A stretch of DNA of 64,000 bases from an uncultured Gammaproteobacteria bacterium (GCA_965602855.1 CBFCZV010000011.1:453-64452), one strand, 5' to 3'; positions 37,558 to 47,637 are shown, counted from the stretch's first letter. Notes: a model not told the origin generated them from the letters alone. Made by a program: numbers and translations.

Positions 37558-38460
37558 TTATCTCTCAAATTCATGGCAGGCTAAACACAGCGTGCCGTCT
37601 TTGGCTGACAGGCGTAGCAATACCTCATCCTGCAGGCGTTGATATTTCAGTTCGTGCGTACCGCCGTCCTGCTTTGCCAGTTTTTTTAATCGTTTTTCTT
37701 TATCAGCCCTGAATACTTTGTTCCAGACATGATCTTTGTAGCTCACACCTTTTTCAACTTCTACATCTGCAATCTGTCTGCCAGCGGGTTTATCTTTTGC
37801 AATCACGCCTATTTCATGGGGCGAGTGACAGGTGGCACACATGACTTTGTTTTTACTGTCCAGTGGCAAAATGATCTTATGTTCCTGTTCCGATTTTTCT
37901 ATACGCTCTCGCATTTCCTTATCCGGCTCTGCCCGATGATTCAGCGCATTAAAGTGCGGCGCATCTAAATGACAGCCCCAGCATAATTTTTCAGGTGGCA
38001 GGCGAAATTCCAGCTCATCTCGTTTAATTTCTTTTTCTGGGTCGGGTGCTTCCTTATGGCAATACTCACAGTCTTTCTCATCGTACTCACCGTTATCATC
38101 GAGCAGGTCATGAATATTAGGACGCTGATAATCTTCCTTCTCATGACAGAGATAACAGAAATCACTTAGCTTTTTGTAAGGGCCGCCACGGTGAAAGTCA
38201 TCGGCTTTTTTATCTACCTTGTCAATTTCTGTTTTTTCAATATCCTTGATGCCATGACAGGTTTTACAGACGATCTTGCCTTCATCACTCAACGGTAAAT
38301 CATCAGACACTTTCATTGCTTCTGGCGGTTTGATGTCAACCAGATGGTGCATAGCTGGCAGCTCAATTTTTTTATCTCCCGCCGTCGTGTCTTCTGCTAT
38401 TACCTGTAAGGGCAACAGACCAATAAGAAATAGAGATAAATATGAACGAGTGAACATCAC
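37558..38460 (-). CDS. hexaheme c-type cytochrome (periplasmic)
   Basis: 300 aa with signal peptide (LPLQVIA). Six CxxCH (CKTCH, CYLCH, CEYCH, CWGCH, CATCH, CLACH). Confidence 0.85.
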   Translation of the reverse strand: MMFTRSYLSLFLIGLLPLQVIAEDTTAGDKKIELPAMHHLVDIKPPEAMKVSDDLPLSDEGKIVCKTCHGIKDIEKTEIDKVDKKADDFHRGGPYKKLSDFCYLCHEKEDYQRPNIHDLLDDNGEYDEKDCEYCHKEAPDPEKEIKRDELEFRLPPEKLCWGCHLDAPHFNALNHRAEPDKEMRERIEKSEQEHKIILPLDSKNKVMCATCHSPHEIGVIAKDKPAGRQIADVEVEKGVSYKDHVWNKVFRADKEKRLKKLAKQDGGTHELKYQRLQDEVLLRLSAKDGTLCLACHEFER

Positions 38461-39449
38461 ATGCCTGCCTGTGCAGCTTCACCGTGTGTATGGCAATCTC
38501 GGCAGTCACCACCAACATCGTGCACACCGCTCAGGCCATTACCAGTATCCTGTGCACCTTCATCTACTATGGTCTCCATCTGATGACACAACACGCACAG
38601 CTGAGAATAATCACCATCAACTACTGTTACCGAATAGGGCTCATCACGTAATACACTATCAAGCTGTGAAGCCCCTTTGTTTGAGCTATCAATAATTAAT
38701 TTTTCATTATTAGTGGCGTGCATGCTGTGACAGTCCGTACAATCGACAACACTCTGATAGCTATACGCCTCGCGCAGGCCACTATAAGTTGCTACACCAC
38801 TGCCATCGACTAACCCGTGTTTATCAATAAAATTAAAATCATCTTCTGATGCAACTAGAGGGTCGTCGTAGCTGTTGCCAGTAATTTCAAAGCCGGTTTG
38901 CTGGTGATCACGATTGTGGCAACGCAGGCAGAATTCAGCTTCTGAACTGTAGTCCACAATGTTCTGCAGGGCGTTGGGGTACTTTGTCAGGTCAGTATTG
39001 ATTTCAAACTGTCCGTCCATATCTGATGCATCGTGGCAATAGACACATTGTTCATCACTAACGTCTGCCACCAAAGTCGCACTAAAACCATGGCCATGCT
39101 GGCCTTGCCAAATTTGATTATCAGGCATATCACTGTTGTTGTGACAAATGACACACTGGCGTGAGCCACTTTCATTCGTGCCGTTGTTACCATGGCAGCC
39201 AGTACAACTGGCAAAGCCTTTTTCAACAACAATGCCACGAATTAGATCTGCAATGTCATGAATTCCTGCTATCGAATGACATGCACCACAATCTGGCAAT
39301 CCCCAGGCTGCGCCACCTTCGCCATGACTGGCATCCAGAATTAAATTAGCTTCTGTAATATGTTTTGTTTCACCCTCACTATCACCGCCACAGGCTGTAA
39401 GCAGTAGTGACAGCATCAATCCTAAAATTAAAATCATTTTATTCATCAT
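38457..39449 (-). CDS. octaheme c-type cytochrome lipoprotein
   Basis: 330 aa. Lipobox LLLTAC followed by GGD; eight CxxCH. Overlaps the upstream stop by 4 nt (ATGA). Confidence 0.85.
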   Translation of the reverse strand: MMNKMILILGLMLSLLLTACGGDSEGETKHITEANLILDASHGEGGAAWGLPDCGACHSIAGIHDIADLIRGIVVEKGFASCTGCHGNNGTNESGSRQCVICHNNSDMPDNQIWQGQHGHGFSATLVADVSDEQCVYCHDASDMDGQFEINTDLTKYPNALQNIVDYSSEAEFCLRCHNRDHQQTGFEITGNSYDDPLVASEDDFNFIDKHGLVDGSGVATYSGLREAYSYQSVVDCTDCHSMHATNNEKLIIDSSNKGASQLDSVLRDEPYSVTVVDGDYSQLCVLCHQMETIVDEGAQDTGNGLSGVHDVGGDCRDCHTHGEAAQAGM

Positions 39450-40078
39450 CGACTCTTCCTGTGACAGTCACTACAGTAACCAATGTTGTGGCAACGACTG
39501 CATGAAGCAGCATTCATACGCGCCTCGATACCATGGCTGGCACGATAACCCAGACCATGAACTCGCCGATGTGTTTTATCGCGACGGAAATGACAATCGC
39601 TACAAAAAGACTGATCGATATGACAGCTACTACATTGCTCATCATCTGGTTTGGCCGAATCCAGACGTGCATCCTCACCGTGATGATTTGCGTAATCCAG
39701 ATTGTGATCTTTCGGCCATATTTTTTTCGGATCGTCATGACACAGTTCACAACGCGAGGGGGCACTCTGCCTGCTTACATGGCATTCATGACAAATCGCT
39801 TCTAGCGGCTCATTGGAAATTACATTGAGCTTTTTAAGCTGTTTTAGATCAGTGACGCTGTTTTTATTAAAGGGATGACACAGTAAACAACTATCTCCTT
39901 CCTTTTCCATCGCATCAAAATGTGCTTTATGCGGATAAAAAATATCGGCGCGCTGATCACGCATTTGCCACCAGCTTTTTTCTTTCTCTGGTTTGTTCGT
40001 CACTTCTTTTTCCAATGTTGCCTGTTCAGCCATCACTGGCAACGCAAACAGGGTCAGAAACAACAATAAAATTCTCAT
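39446..40078 (-). CDS. heptaheme c-type cytochrome (periplasmic, c3/c7-like heme density)
   Basis: 210 aa with signal peptide (ALPVMA). Seven CxxCH in about 150 mature residues. Start overlaps the barrel gene stop by 1 nt (TAATG). Confidence 0.85.
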   Translation of the reverse strand: MRILLLFLTLFALPVMAEQATLEKEVTNKPEKEKSWWQMRDQRADIFYPHKAHFDAMEKEGDSCLLCHPFNKNSVTDLKQLKKLNVISNEPLEAICHECHVSRQSAPSRCELCHDDPKKIWPKDHNLDYANHHGEDARLDSAKPDDEQCSSCHIDQSFCSDCHFRRDKTHRRVHGLGYRASHGIEARMNAASCSRCHNIGYCSDCHRKSR

Positions 40079-41349
40079 TACATTGCTCCCTGCCTGTCAT
40101 CGCCAAAGCTATAACTAAGACTAAGAAGAAAGCGATATTCATCTTCGAGACGACTATTCCAGATATGGCTAGCGGTAACATCAAACTCTAGGCCAGATAG
40201 CATGTCTTTAACGCCTAGCATATGCTCCATACGTAGCTCTATGCCAATACTGCGATTATCGCCCTCCAGTTGTTTTTCCTGTTGCTGCAATACGCTACTG
40301 ACGCCACCCCTCACAGAAGAGCTGAGAGTTTTCTCTACATCAATGAACAAACTACTTACACGCTCAGTCTGCAATTCTAGTTGTTCAGCTTTAGCCGCAA
40401 GTAACAAGCCTTGATTGCTACGCCGCTCAATTTCAAACATGGACGCATAACCGTTACCACCGACTTCACGATTCACCTGCCGCGTTGCCACTGACCATGT
40501 TTGTTGATAATCATATTTAAATTGATAGGCTGCTTTGAATTGCGTTTGTTGACCAGTAGCATAAAGTGAATAAAATCGGTCTCTAAAACTCAGCGCATCA
40601 TCAGCAGGCTCGTAGGTTTCATAGTCGAGTCGAAGCGTGCTATCTTCTTTCAAATCCCAGCGTGTATTCATCAGCACTGATTCCCACTGCGATCTTTCTA
40701 CTACGTAACTTGCAGACATCGATAATGCTGCAGGCAGCAGATTTTCATTATCACTACTAGCAGCCAATCCGAAATGATAGCGTTGTTCATGACCATCCTG
40801 ATCTAAACGCTGCCAGCCGAAGCGAGTATCAACTTGATAATTATGAATAAGACGTGGCATAGTTAGCAGATCAACCCCATAGATCGCCTCACCATCAATT
40901 GAATTAAATGCTTCAACGCGACCGGGGACGCCTGTATAAAAGTTTAGAATTAGAGCGTCAGCTTTATGACGATATTGAAGACCATCAAGACTGTAATAAC
41001 CGAGGGTATCGGCTCGAAAAAAACGACCCACACTAATTCGATCTAGTGATTTATTAAAATCCTGTTGCAGATAAAATTGATACAGCTCAGCTTCACTATC
41101 ATCTGTCTGTTGTGACAATGCTAAGCTCAAGCCACTTATCAAGCCTTTATTATGATCGTTATAAACTAGATCAAGCCGTTCTTGCAAACTACTCTCAGAA
41201 TAAAACTGGCTGTTATTCATTTCAATAGCAGTTTCCAGCTCCCCCGACAATCCTGCCTGTGCATCTGATGTTGCTAATGCCATTATGCCTAACAGGCTTA
41301 GTACATAATTAAAACCGCGCACTGCTATCGTCGTAAAAACCATTGCCAT
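40078..41349 (-). CDS. putative outer-membrane beta-barrel (porin-like partner of the adjacent cytochromes)
   Basis: 423 aa with signal peptide (ALATSDAQA). No Cys and no heme motif. Tyr/Gly/Ser/Asp-rich with alternating hydrophobic pattern; LLSLSYSF lies near the C-terminus. Confidence 0.6.
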   Translation of the reverse strand: MAMVFTTIAVRGFNYVLSLLGIMALATSDAQAGLSGELETAIEMNNSQFYSESSLQERLDLVYNDHNKGLISGLSLALSQQTDDSEAELYQFYLQQDFNKSLDRISVGRFFRADTLGYYSLDGLQYRHKADALILNFYTGVPGRVEAFNSIDGEAIYGVDLLTMPRLIHNYQVDTRFGWQRLDQDGHEQRYHFGLAASSDNENLLPAALSMSASYVVERSQWESVLMNTRWDLKEDSTLRLDYETYEPADDALSFRDRFYSLYATGQQTQFKAAYQFKYDYQQTWSVATRQVNREVGGNGYASMFEIERRSNQGLLLAAKAEQLELQTERVSSLFIDVEKTLSSSVRGGVSSVLQQQEKQLEGDNRSIGIELRMEHMLGVKDMLSGLEFDVTASHIWNSRLEDEYRFLLSLSYSFGDDRQGAM

Positions 41350-41539
41350 GTTTCTTTTTATGCACGGCCCAGGTAACGATAGCTGCTAGCGCAACCACAC
41401 AGCCACCACAGGTAGAACAACGACCTTCTTTTGGAACAGTGCAGTTGGAAGAAGTGATAATATGACTAACGGCAAAACCAGCACCCGCTAACCAGGGCAC
41501 CAATTTTTCACTTCGCTTTAGCAAGCTTTTTTGTTTCAT
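41309..41539 (-). CDS. small Cys-rich two-TM membrane protein
   Basis: 76 aa. Two hydrophobic segments flank NCTVPKEGRCSTCGGC. Its 3' end overlaps the barrel gene start by 41 nt, so either gene's limits may differ. Confidence 0.4.
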   Translation of the reverse strand: MKQKSLLKRSEKLVPWLAGAGFAVSHIITSSNCTVPKEGRCSTCGGCVVALAAIVTWAVHKKKHGNGFYDDSSARF

Positions 41540-41563
41540 TATTATTTGCCTAAAAGAATCCGC

Positions 41564-41598
41564 GGGAAGTTATTTCCAAAAAGGAGGCATAACTTCCC
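41564..41598 (-). promoter_or_regulatory. intercistronic stem-loop between the large surface cytochrome gene and the downstream genes
   Basis: GGGAAGTTAT-15 nt-ATAACTTCCC is a perfect 10-bp stem. Only a weak U-stretch follows, so it may be an attenuator or an mRNA-stability element. Confidence 0.45.
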
Positions 41599-41625
41599 AC
41601 GGTAATGTCACTCGAAGGAGGCGAG

Positions 41626-44508
41626 TTAAACTCTGATACGACGTCTGCCACAACCCACCAGGGTCATAACAAACATCCCAATTAACAGCACATAGTCAGC
41701 CGATCCACCACCTGATGACGTAGAAGTAACAGCACTAGAATCACTATCTGCAGATGCAATGCTACTATCAACAATTGCATAATCACTGAAGTGATCAGTC
41801 CAGAATACAATCATACCTTCACTCTCTTCACCCTCGACTTCAGAGTGAGGCTGTATTAGGGCAATGTCATCTACACTAATTTCTGACCAGCTAACACCGC
41901 TATCAGTAGAGAAGATAACTTTGACCTCATCAAGACGGGTATTGCTACCCTTATAAGGCATTTTCACCAGCATTCGATTGTTCGAAAAGTTAGTTACTTC
42001 GTTACTGTTACTGTCTGTTACTTGCAATGAGTAGACGTCTGAAGTTAGTCCACCTAGATCTGCATCATCAACACTGGCAAGCACATCAAGGTTAGACAAA
42101 CTGACCTGCACTCTGTAATCAGGGAACGTTAGTTCAGTTTGTCCATTATCTTCCACCATCACTAACACTCCACGAATAACACTGCTACCATAACGTGCCT
42201 GATACGCAAACACGTCATCACCAGGGAACAAAGTAGCAGCTAATGCCGTATTTGCTACTCCTGCCTTCACAATTGCATCATGGGCAGACGCTCGTTTAAA
42301 TACGCCTGAATCTGCATCAGTTATTTCAGCATTCAAAATTGACATAGATGGATTGAGTCTTGATGCATAAAGAATATCTGAAACATTCTCAGTAACCACA
42401 CCGAACTCATCGGCCTTCATGTATGGATAATCAAAAATCACCAAACCTTCATCGACAAGACGAGGGTCTACTAACTCAGTAATTTCTTTAGTATTACCTT
42501 CACCAAACAGGCCTGTGGGTGACAACAATGTACTAAATGACCCATCCTGTTTAACATTATGGCACTGCTCACACTGTACCGAAGCAACTGCTGGGCGAGT
42601 ATTATGTGACATCAAATACTGGTTTGATTCTGTCCAAACCATAATTGCATCTGGATTTTCTACACCTTTAGCAATCAATACTTTGTCAAAAGCATTTTTA
42701 ACCGCAACAAATGTTTCATAATCCTCGGGTTCACCAAAACGCCAGCTGCCGTGAGAGAAACTGACCGTCACTGTGCCCAACTCTTCACCAGATACCGGGT
42801 CAACAATAACACCATAATTTTCTCCCGCATCATCTGTAAGCATTTCAAAAACACTATCACGCTCGGTCTTATTTATAGTGCGACCAGTATTTTTATCTTT
42901 CCAGTAGTAACGCAGCCTTGGGTTGTAAGGAACAATTGTAAGATCACCATTTTCAGCTGCACGATACCTGTACATCGGTAGTATCGGAACACCGCGACTT
43001 TCCTTATCTGTAATATGACAGGCCTGACAACTAACAACGTCCAGATGCGTCTGCGTAATACGTTCCAGCGTCTCCTGTGGATATCCAGTCATATCGCCAC
43101 TTGCTTTCCATTTCGCAAGATGAGCCTCCTGCATACTGTCATGACCTGAAGGAATAGCAGGATTCGGTGCATCATCATGGCAATATTCACAGGATTTTGC
43201 ATTCGGTGAATAATCCAGATCATTACGTACATCCATATCTGAATTACCTTTAAGGAAATTATGATCAGCATCCAGATCAACATTGGCATACGCTGGATTA
43301 AAATAATTCCGTGTATGACAGGCATTACAGTTTTCTATTGCACGCTCTTCGCCATTAGGCTCAATCCACGTCTTACCTTTATGCACATCATCCTGATAGT
43401 CCTCAACTACAACACCGTCCTCATCAATAACTGCTTCTGCACTTTCACCAAAACCATAAAAACCACGGCGTGAGTTGCTGGTAAGGTGGCACATCATGCA
43501 GTTATCATTAGCTGGGAATCGAATCATCGGAATAGCTACTTTCTTGTCCTCATCAAAAGCAGCGGTATTCCAGTTGAGTAGTGGTTGCTCATTCTCATCC
43601 TCAAGCAACATATAAGCCGGCTCAGACGCATGCATATCAATTTCTACGCCTTCTGGTATTTCTGTGGTGCGATCAAAAGTAACCACTGAGGTATCCACCT
43701 GCACACCATCTTCATGCTTAAGATTCAAAAACTCTAAAATGGAAGTATTCACACTGCGGAATTGCCCTTCATCAGCCAAATAGGTACGGCGCAATGCTTT
43801 AAAATGATCAAACGCAGAGTCTCCGCCTTCAACCTCTAACTGTGGATCAAAAACTTGTAAAGCGTCAAATTGCACATGACATATCAAGCAGTCATTCTCT
43901 ACGACACCACTTTTTTTCCAGTCCCATGCAGAAATTCCACTTGGATCCTCTGTACCCGCATTGGTATTACGACTGTAGTAATCACCATCGAACTTGGGAA
44001 CAGAAGCAATATCAACTTCATCATAGCGGTTTCCATTTCTGTCTTTCTCCATCCAGCCACCACCAGCATGACAACTTACACATCGCATAATATGATCGGC
44101 TGACCCCAGATCACCAAAATCATCAGCACTCGCATTACTCTTCTTAGCAAGCTGATCTGGATTGCTGCTTCCCATGCAGTTATAACCACCATAATAACCA
44201 GGGCCAACTAGAGTAGTCAGCCCGCGCAATTCACCAAAGTCATCGCGAGTCTCATCGCGACCTTGTTCAATATGAAAAGCATGAGTAATGGCCTCATAGT
44301 CATGACAGCCACCAGTACCACAGGTAACTTTTGAACTATAAGGATTAGCACTATCGAGAACATGGTTACCATCTTCATCTAGTAACGGAATGGCCGGGTG
44401 TAGAATCGGTTTATCCATATCATTAATTGCCGCTTCTACCTGCCCAACTGACACAAATAAAAACAAAAACCCTGACAAAACCACCATTTTCTTATTTAAA
44501 AAATTCAT
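41626..44508 (-). CDS. large (960 aa) multiheme c-type cytochrome with a C-terminal GlyGly-CTERM-type sorting signal
   Basis: Start set at MNFLNKKMVVLSGFLFLFVSVGQVEA (SD GAGAG, 9 nt spacing). Seven CxxCH plus CGTGGCH (CX4CH). The last ~300 aa are heme-free. C-terminus is SSGGGSADYVLLIGMFVMTLVGCGRRRIRV. Confidence 0.85.
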   Translation of the reverse strand: MNFLNKKMVVLSGFLFLFVSVGQVEAAINDMDKPILHPAIPLLDEDGNHVLDSANPYSSKVTCGTGGCHDYEAITHAFHIEQGRDETRDDFGELRGLTTLVGPGYYGGYNCMGSSNPDQLAKKSNASADDFGDLGSADHIMRCVSCHAGGGWMEKDRNGNRYDEVDIASVPKFDGDYYSRNTNAGTEDPSGISAWDWKKSGVVENDCLICHVQFDALQVFDPQLEVEGGDSAFDHFKALRRTYLADEGQFRSVNTSILEFLNLKHEDGVQVDTSVVTFDRTTEIPEGVEIDMHASEPAYMLLEDENEQPLLNWNTAAFDEDKKVAIPMIRFPANDNCMMCHLTSNSRRGFYGFGESAEAVIDEDGVVVEDYQDDVHKGKTWIEPNGEERAIENCNACHTRNYFNPAYANVDLDADHNFLKGNSDMDVRNDLDYSPNAKSCEYCHDDAPNPAIPSGHDSMQEAHLAKWKASGDMTGYPQETLERITQTHLDVVSCQACHITDKESRGVPILPMYRYRAAENGDLTIVPYNPRLRYYWKDKNTGRTINKTERDSVFEMLTDDAGENYGVIVDPVSGEELGTVTVSFSHGSWRFGEPEDYETFVAVKNAFDKVLIAKGVENPDAIMVWTESNQYLMSHNTRPAVASVQCEQCHNVKQDGSFSTLLSPTGLFGEGNTKEITELVDPRLVDEGLVIFDYPYMKADEFGVVTENVSDILYASRLNPSMSILNAEITDADSGVFKRASAHDAIVKAGVANTALAATLFPGDDVFAYQARYGSSVIRGVLVMVEDNGQTELTFPDYRVQVSLSNLDVLASVDDADLGGLTSDVYSLQVTDSNSNEVTNFSNNRMLVKMPYKGSNTRLDEVKVIFSTDSGVSWSEISVDDIALIQPHSEVEGEESEGMIVFWTDHFSDYAIVDSSIASADSDSSAVTSTSSGGGSADYVLLIGMFVMTLVGCGRRRIRV

Positions 44509-44528
44509 TACAATCATCTCTCTTATTT

Positions 44529-44795
<267 letters not shown>

Positions 44796-44834
44796 TTACT
44801 TCTCTTCATATACGGGCACAGTAAATCCAGTGCG

Positions 44835-44846
44835 TGATCATAATCA
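44835..44846 (-). promoter_or_regulatory. candidate FNR/CRP-family box with a class-II-like spacing to a -10 element
   Basis: TGAT-CATA-ATCA (consensus TTGAT-N4-ATCAA). Its centre lies 28.5 nt upstream of TATATG (minus strand, 44812-44807), which is the geometry expected for a box centred near -41.5. Confidence 0.3.
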
Positions 44847-44865
44847 TGCATAAAAACTTGTGGAA

Positions 44866-44895
44866 GTGACATGATGTCGCGTGACAATTTGTCAC
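44866..44895. promoter_or_regulatory. two abutting 15-bp palindromic operators-like sites upstream of the cytochrome operon
   Basis: GTGACA-TGA-TGTCGC immediately followed by GTGACA-ATT-TGTCAC, about 85-110 nt upstream of the yfhL start. Confidence 0.3.
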
Positions 44896-44966
44896 ATTTC
44901 AATTGGGATATAGCCAGCGCAATTACAAGCTAATTCAGGAGGATGCTACTGTAGAATCAGGAACGC

Positions 44967-45944
44967 TCAAAGATTAACAAAATTAACCTCCAACCTAAAC
45001 AACACCTCCCAAGCCCCCAAGCGCTCATCCGTAACCAGTGGCTTATTCCAGTTAACTGCTGGCGCTATCTCATAGAACAACCATTTTCTATGAAAATTCT
45101 GTCGAAAACGTATACCCACACGTGTGTTATTTGTATACCTATCCGGCTTTGTCACACCACTTACACTACTCTCATAAGAAAGCGCGCTTTTATCTGTTAG
45201 ATGCTGGTACAGTACCAAACCGCTTGTCAATTCTTTACCTTCAAAACTTTCTGATTTAGAGGCATAATTAGTTTGTCTTAGTAAAAAATCATCACTCAGT
45301 TTTTTTTCAAAATCTATTCTAGATGTGGTTCCATCCGCATTATCTCGCCTGAACAATTCCTGTGTAAATCGAGTGATAAATGTTTCAGTAATTGGCCACT
45401 TATAACGATAGCGAAAGGCAATGCTCGGAGAAAGTTTTACCCTGACACCAAAATTTGCTCTTTCTGATTTTGTTACCTCGTACAACAAACCAAGGTTGCC
45501 ACCTGACTCCGTATCAGAACCGGGGACAATATCCCGTAAAGTTTCATCTTCATCATCTTCAAATATAAGATTGATACTCTTCTTTGTTTTGGGTAGTTTA
45601 AAACTGGCATGCAAATTACTGGCATATGACCATCTACCTCCCTCAGTTAATATAAAATCGTTTTGCCAGCGAACACGCGTACCTGCTCGCACCTCTTCGT
45701 CTACTCGAGCACTAGAAAAAAACGAATCAAACCATACTGAAGGCTCACAGAACTGTATGCTCAAATAAGTATGCGCCTCATCAAACCAGCTATCACTTTC
45801 TCCCTTCAATTGCTCACAGACAGACGACTCATCCTCCTGTTTAATTTCTTCAGACACTTCTGCATAGGCATGCTTTACCTGTACCGAACTCAGCAATACA
45901 AGCAGAAATATATAACTTATTTTTTTATAAGCTAATGGGAGCAT
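44967..45944 (-). CDS. hypothetical outer-membrane protein (possible small beta-barrel)
   Basis: 325 aa with signal peptide (VKHAYA). Alternating-pattern segments; C-terminal FRLEVNFVNL. Confidence 0.5.
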   Translation of the reverse strand: MLPLAYKKISYIFLLVLLSSVQVKHAYAEVSEEIKQEDESSVCEQLKGESDSWFDEAHTYLSIQFCEPSVWFDSFFSSARVDEEVRAGTRVRWQNDFILTEGGRWSYASNLHASFKLPKTKKSINLIFEDDEDETLRDIVPGSDTESGGNLGLLYEVTKSERANFGVRVKLSPSIAFRYRYKWPITETFITRFTQELFRRDNADGTTSRIDFEKKLSDDFLLRQTNYASKSESFEGKELTSGLVLYQHLTDKSALSYESSVSGVTKPDRYTNNTRVGIRFRQNFHRKWLFYEIAPAVNWNKPLVTDERLGAWEVLFRLEVNFVNL

Positions 45945-46025
45945 TTAATTTTTTTTAACCACCTTAATCAAAAGCCTGCAATAAGCAGGCCTTTGATTCA
46001 TATAAAAAGTCTGTTTTCACACATT

Positions 46026-47609
46026 CTAATGTATTTTTATTACTCCTGGTTTTTCTTTCTTAAAGTCAGGCATAGCCATGCCCACAGAAGCATTTATGTA
46101 GGTAGGGTCAGCAACTACATAGCGCTGACCATTGTGCATTACCGAATCACCCACTACGCGGCCTTTAAATCGAACCGCCGTTGCCACATGTCCAGGATAA
46201 TCCAGCCCAACCACATCCATACCTAACAGGCTGTGTACCAACCATGCAAAAAGGATGGAGCGATCTTCGCAATCTGAATAAGGGTAGTAGATCGTTTCTT
46301 CAGGAAACAAATAGTTTTCTTTACCAAACTGCCCTTCATCTGTTTTGTAACGTAGTGATGTCTGTACAAATCTCAGCAAAAAGTTAACGGCTTTTTGTTC
46401 ATCCATTCCTTTCATGTGATCACTGAGTTGTCTTTGTAATGAGTTCGAGGCCGCCGCACTCACCTTGCCTTTAAAATACCACTCAAGATCAAGCTGTGGA
46501 TAGGTTTCCATGAAGCGAATACGCTCATTATTGTAAGCTGCATGAATCTCATAATGCTTGCCTTCAAAATCAAAGGACAAATTTCTACGTGCTGCTTTAC
46601 TATCAAGCAGCGCTTCATTATTCATTTGCATATTCAAAGCTTTATTTGCATCAGGATAGTTACCATCATAGGTATACACCTGACCTAATTTTTGACCCTT
46701 GCCATCAAAACGAACGGCATAATAACGGACTTTTTCGAAGGTAAAGTACGGCACTGCATACATTGGCTGCTGAGATGGCACTAGTAAAAACACTTTTCTA
46801 TCATTATAGGCGATACGTGATTGAAAGCCCGACTTGGCAAGTACAAACCAGGTAAATAATGACTGACTACTCTCTGAAGAATAAATCTTCCCTGCAATTT
46901 CATGCACCAATAATGCATGAGCCCAGTCATTGAGCTGCAAGGCTTTTGATTTTTTATTCACCTGATCAATCAGGTCATCATAATCAGCCAGACTAAGCGC
47001 AGACCAGAAATCACTAATGCCTTTTCCATTAACTCGTGATTTCATTGACGTCTTCAATTTTGGATCATAATAAAAAGTATGGCGACTACCCAGATAAGTG
47101 AGCACCAGCTTTCTACCCTTATGTACGATCTTGGGTTCTGGCGCTATGACAGGTCTTATAACAGGTTCAGGGACAACAGGCTTTAAAATCACTGGCTCCG
47201 GTTTACTTTCAGGAACAGGTGGTATTTCTACAACTGGTTTTGGTGTATCAGGAATTTTAACAATCGGCTCAGGCTTTGGTGCTGGCTTTACCTGAGGCTT
47301 CGGTTCATCTTTCACAACAGGTGTTGGCACGGGCCGTGGTGGTTTAACTGGCTGCGGTTTCGCTACTGGCATAACCACTGGCTTGGGCGCTTTATCACGT
47401 ACCACACCCTTTAATAAATCCATTTCTTTCCACTGCAATTTCAAAAACGTTGTGAACTCCTTATCTCTCTTATCTTTATATTCCTGAAATGATGCCTGAT
47501 ACTGCTTCTTCCATGCTGCATAATCATCGTTAGCATATGAAGACTGACTCACTGCCACTACAAATACAAAGCTAGTAAAAACACCAAAACTTTTACTCAA
47601 TCTGTACAT
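46026..47609 (-). CDS. secreted protein with Pro-rich linker and C-terminal transglutaminase-like (Cys-His-Asp) domain
   Basis: Start set at MYRLSKSFGV (signal peptide). PKP/PVP-rich tract of about 100 aa. YPYSDCEDRS...YPGHVATAV...VVADPT gives a candidate catalytic triad. Confidence 0.6.
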   Translation of the reverse strand: MYRLSKSFGVFTSFVFVVAVSQSSYANDDYAAWKKQYQASFQEYKDKRDKEFTTFLKLQWKEMDLLKGVVRDKAPKPVVMPVAKPQPVKPPRPVPTPVVKDEPKPQVKPAPKPEPIVKIPDTPKPVVEIPPVPESKPEPVILKPVVPEPVIRPVIAPEPKIVHKGRKLVLTYLGSRHTFYYDPKLKTSMKSRVNGKGISDFWSALSLADYDDLIDQVNKKSKALQLNDWAHALLVHEIAGKIYSSESSQSLFTWFVLAKSGFQSRIAYNDRKVFLLVPSQQPMYAVPYFTFEKVRYYAVRFDGKGQKLGQVYTYDGNYPDANKALNMQMNNEALLDSKAARRNLSFDFEGKHYEIHAAYNNERIRFMETYPQLDLEWYFKGKVSAAASNSLQRQLSDHMKGMDEQKAVNFLLRFVQTSLRYKTDEGQFGKENYLFPEETIYYPYSDCEDRSILFAWLVHSLLGMDVVGLDYPGHVATAVRFKGRVVGDSVMHNGQRYVVADPTYINASVGMAMPDFKKEKPGVIKIH

Positions 47610-47637
47610 TTTCTTAACCTTTCTGCCCTTTATAAAC

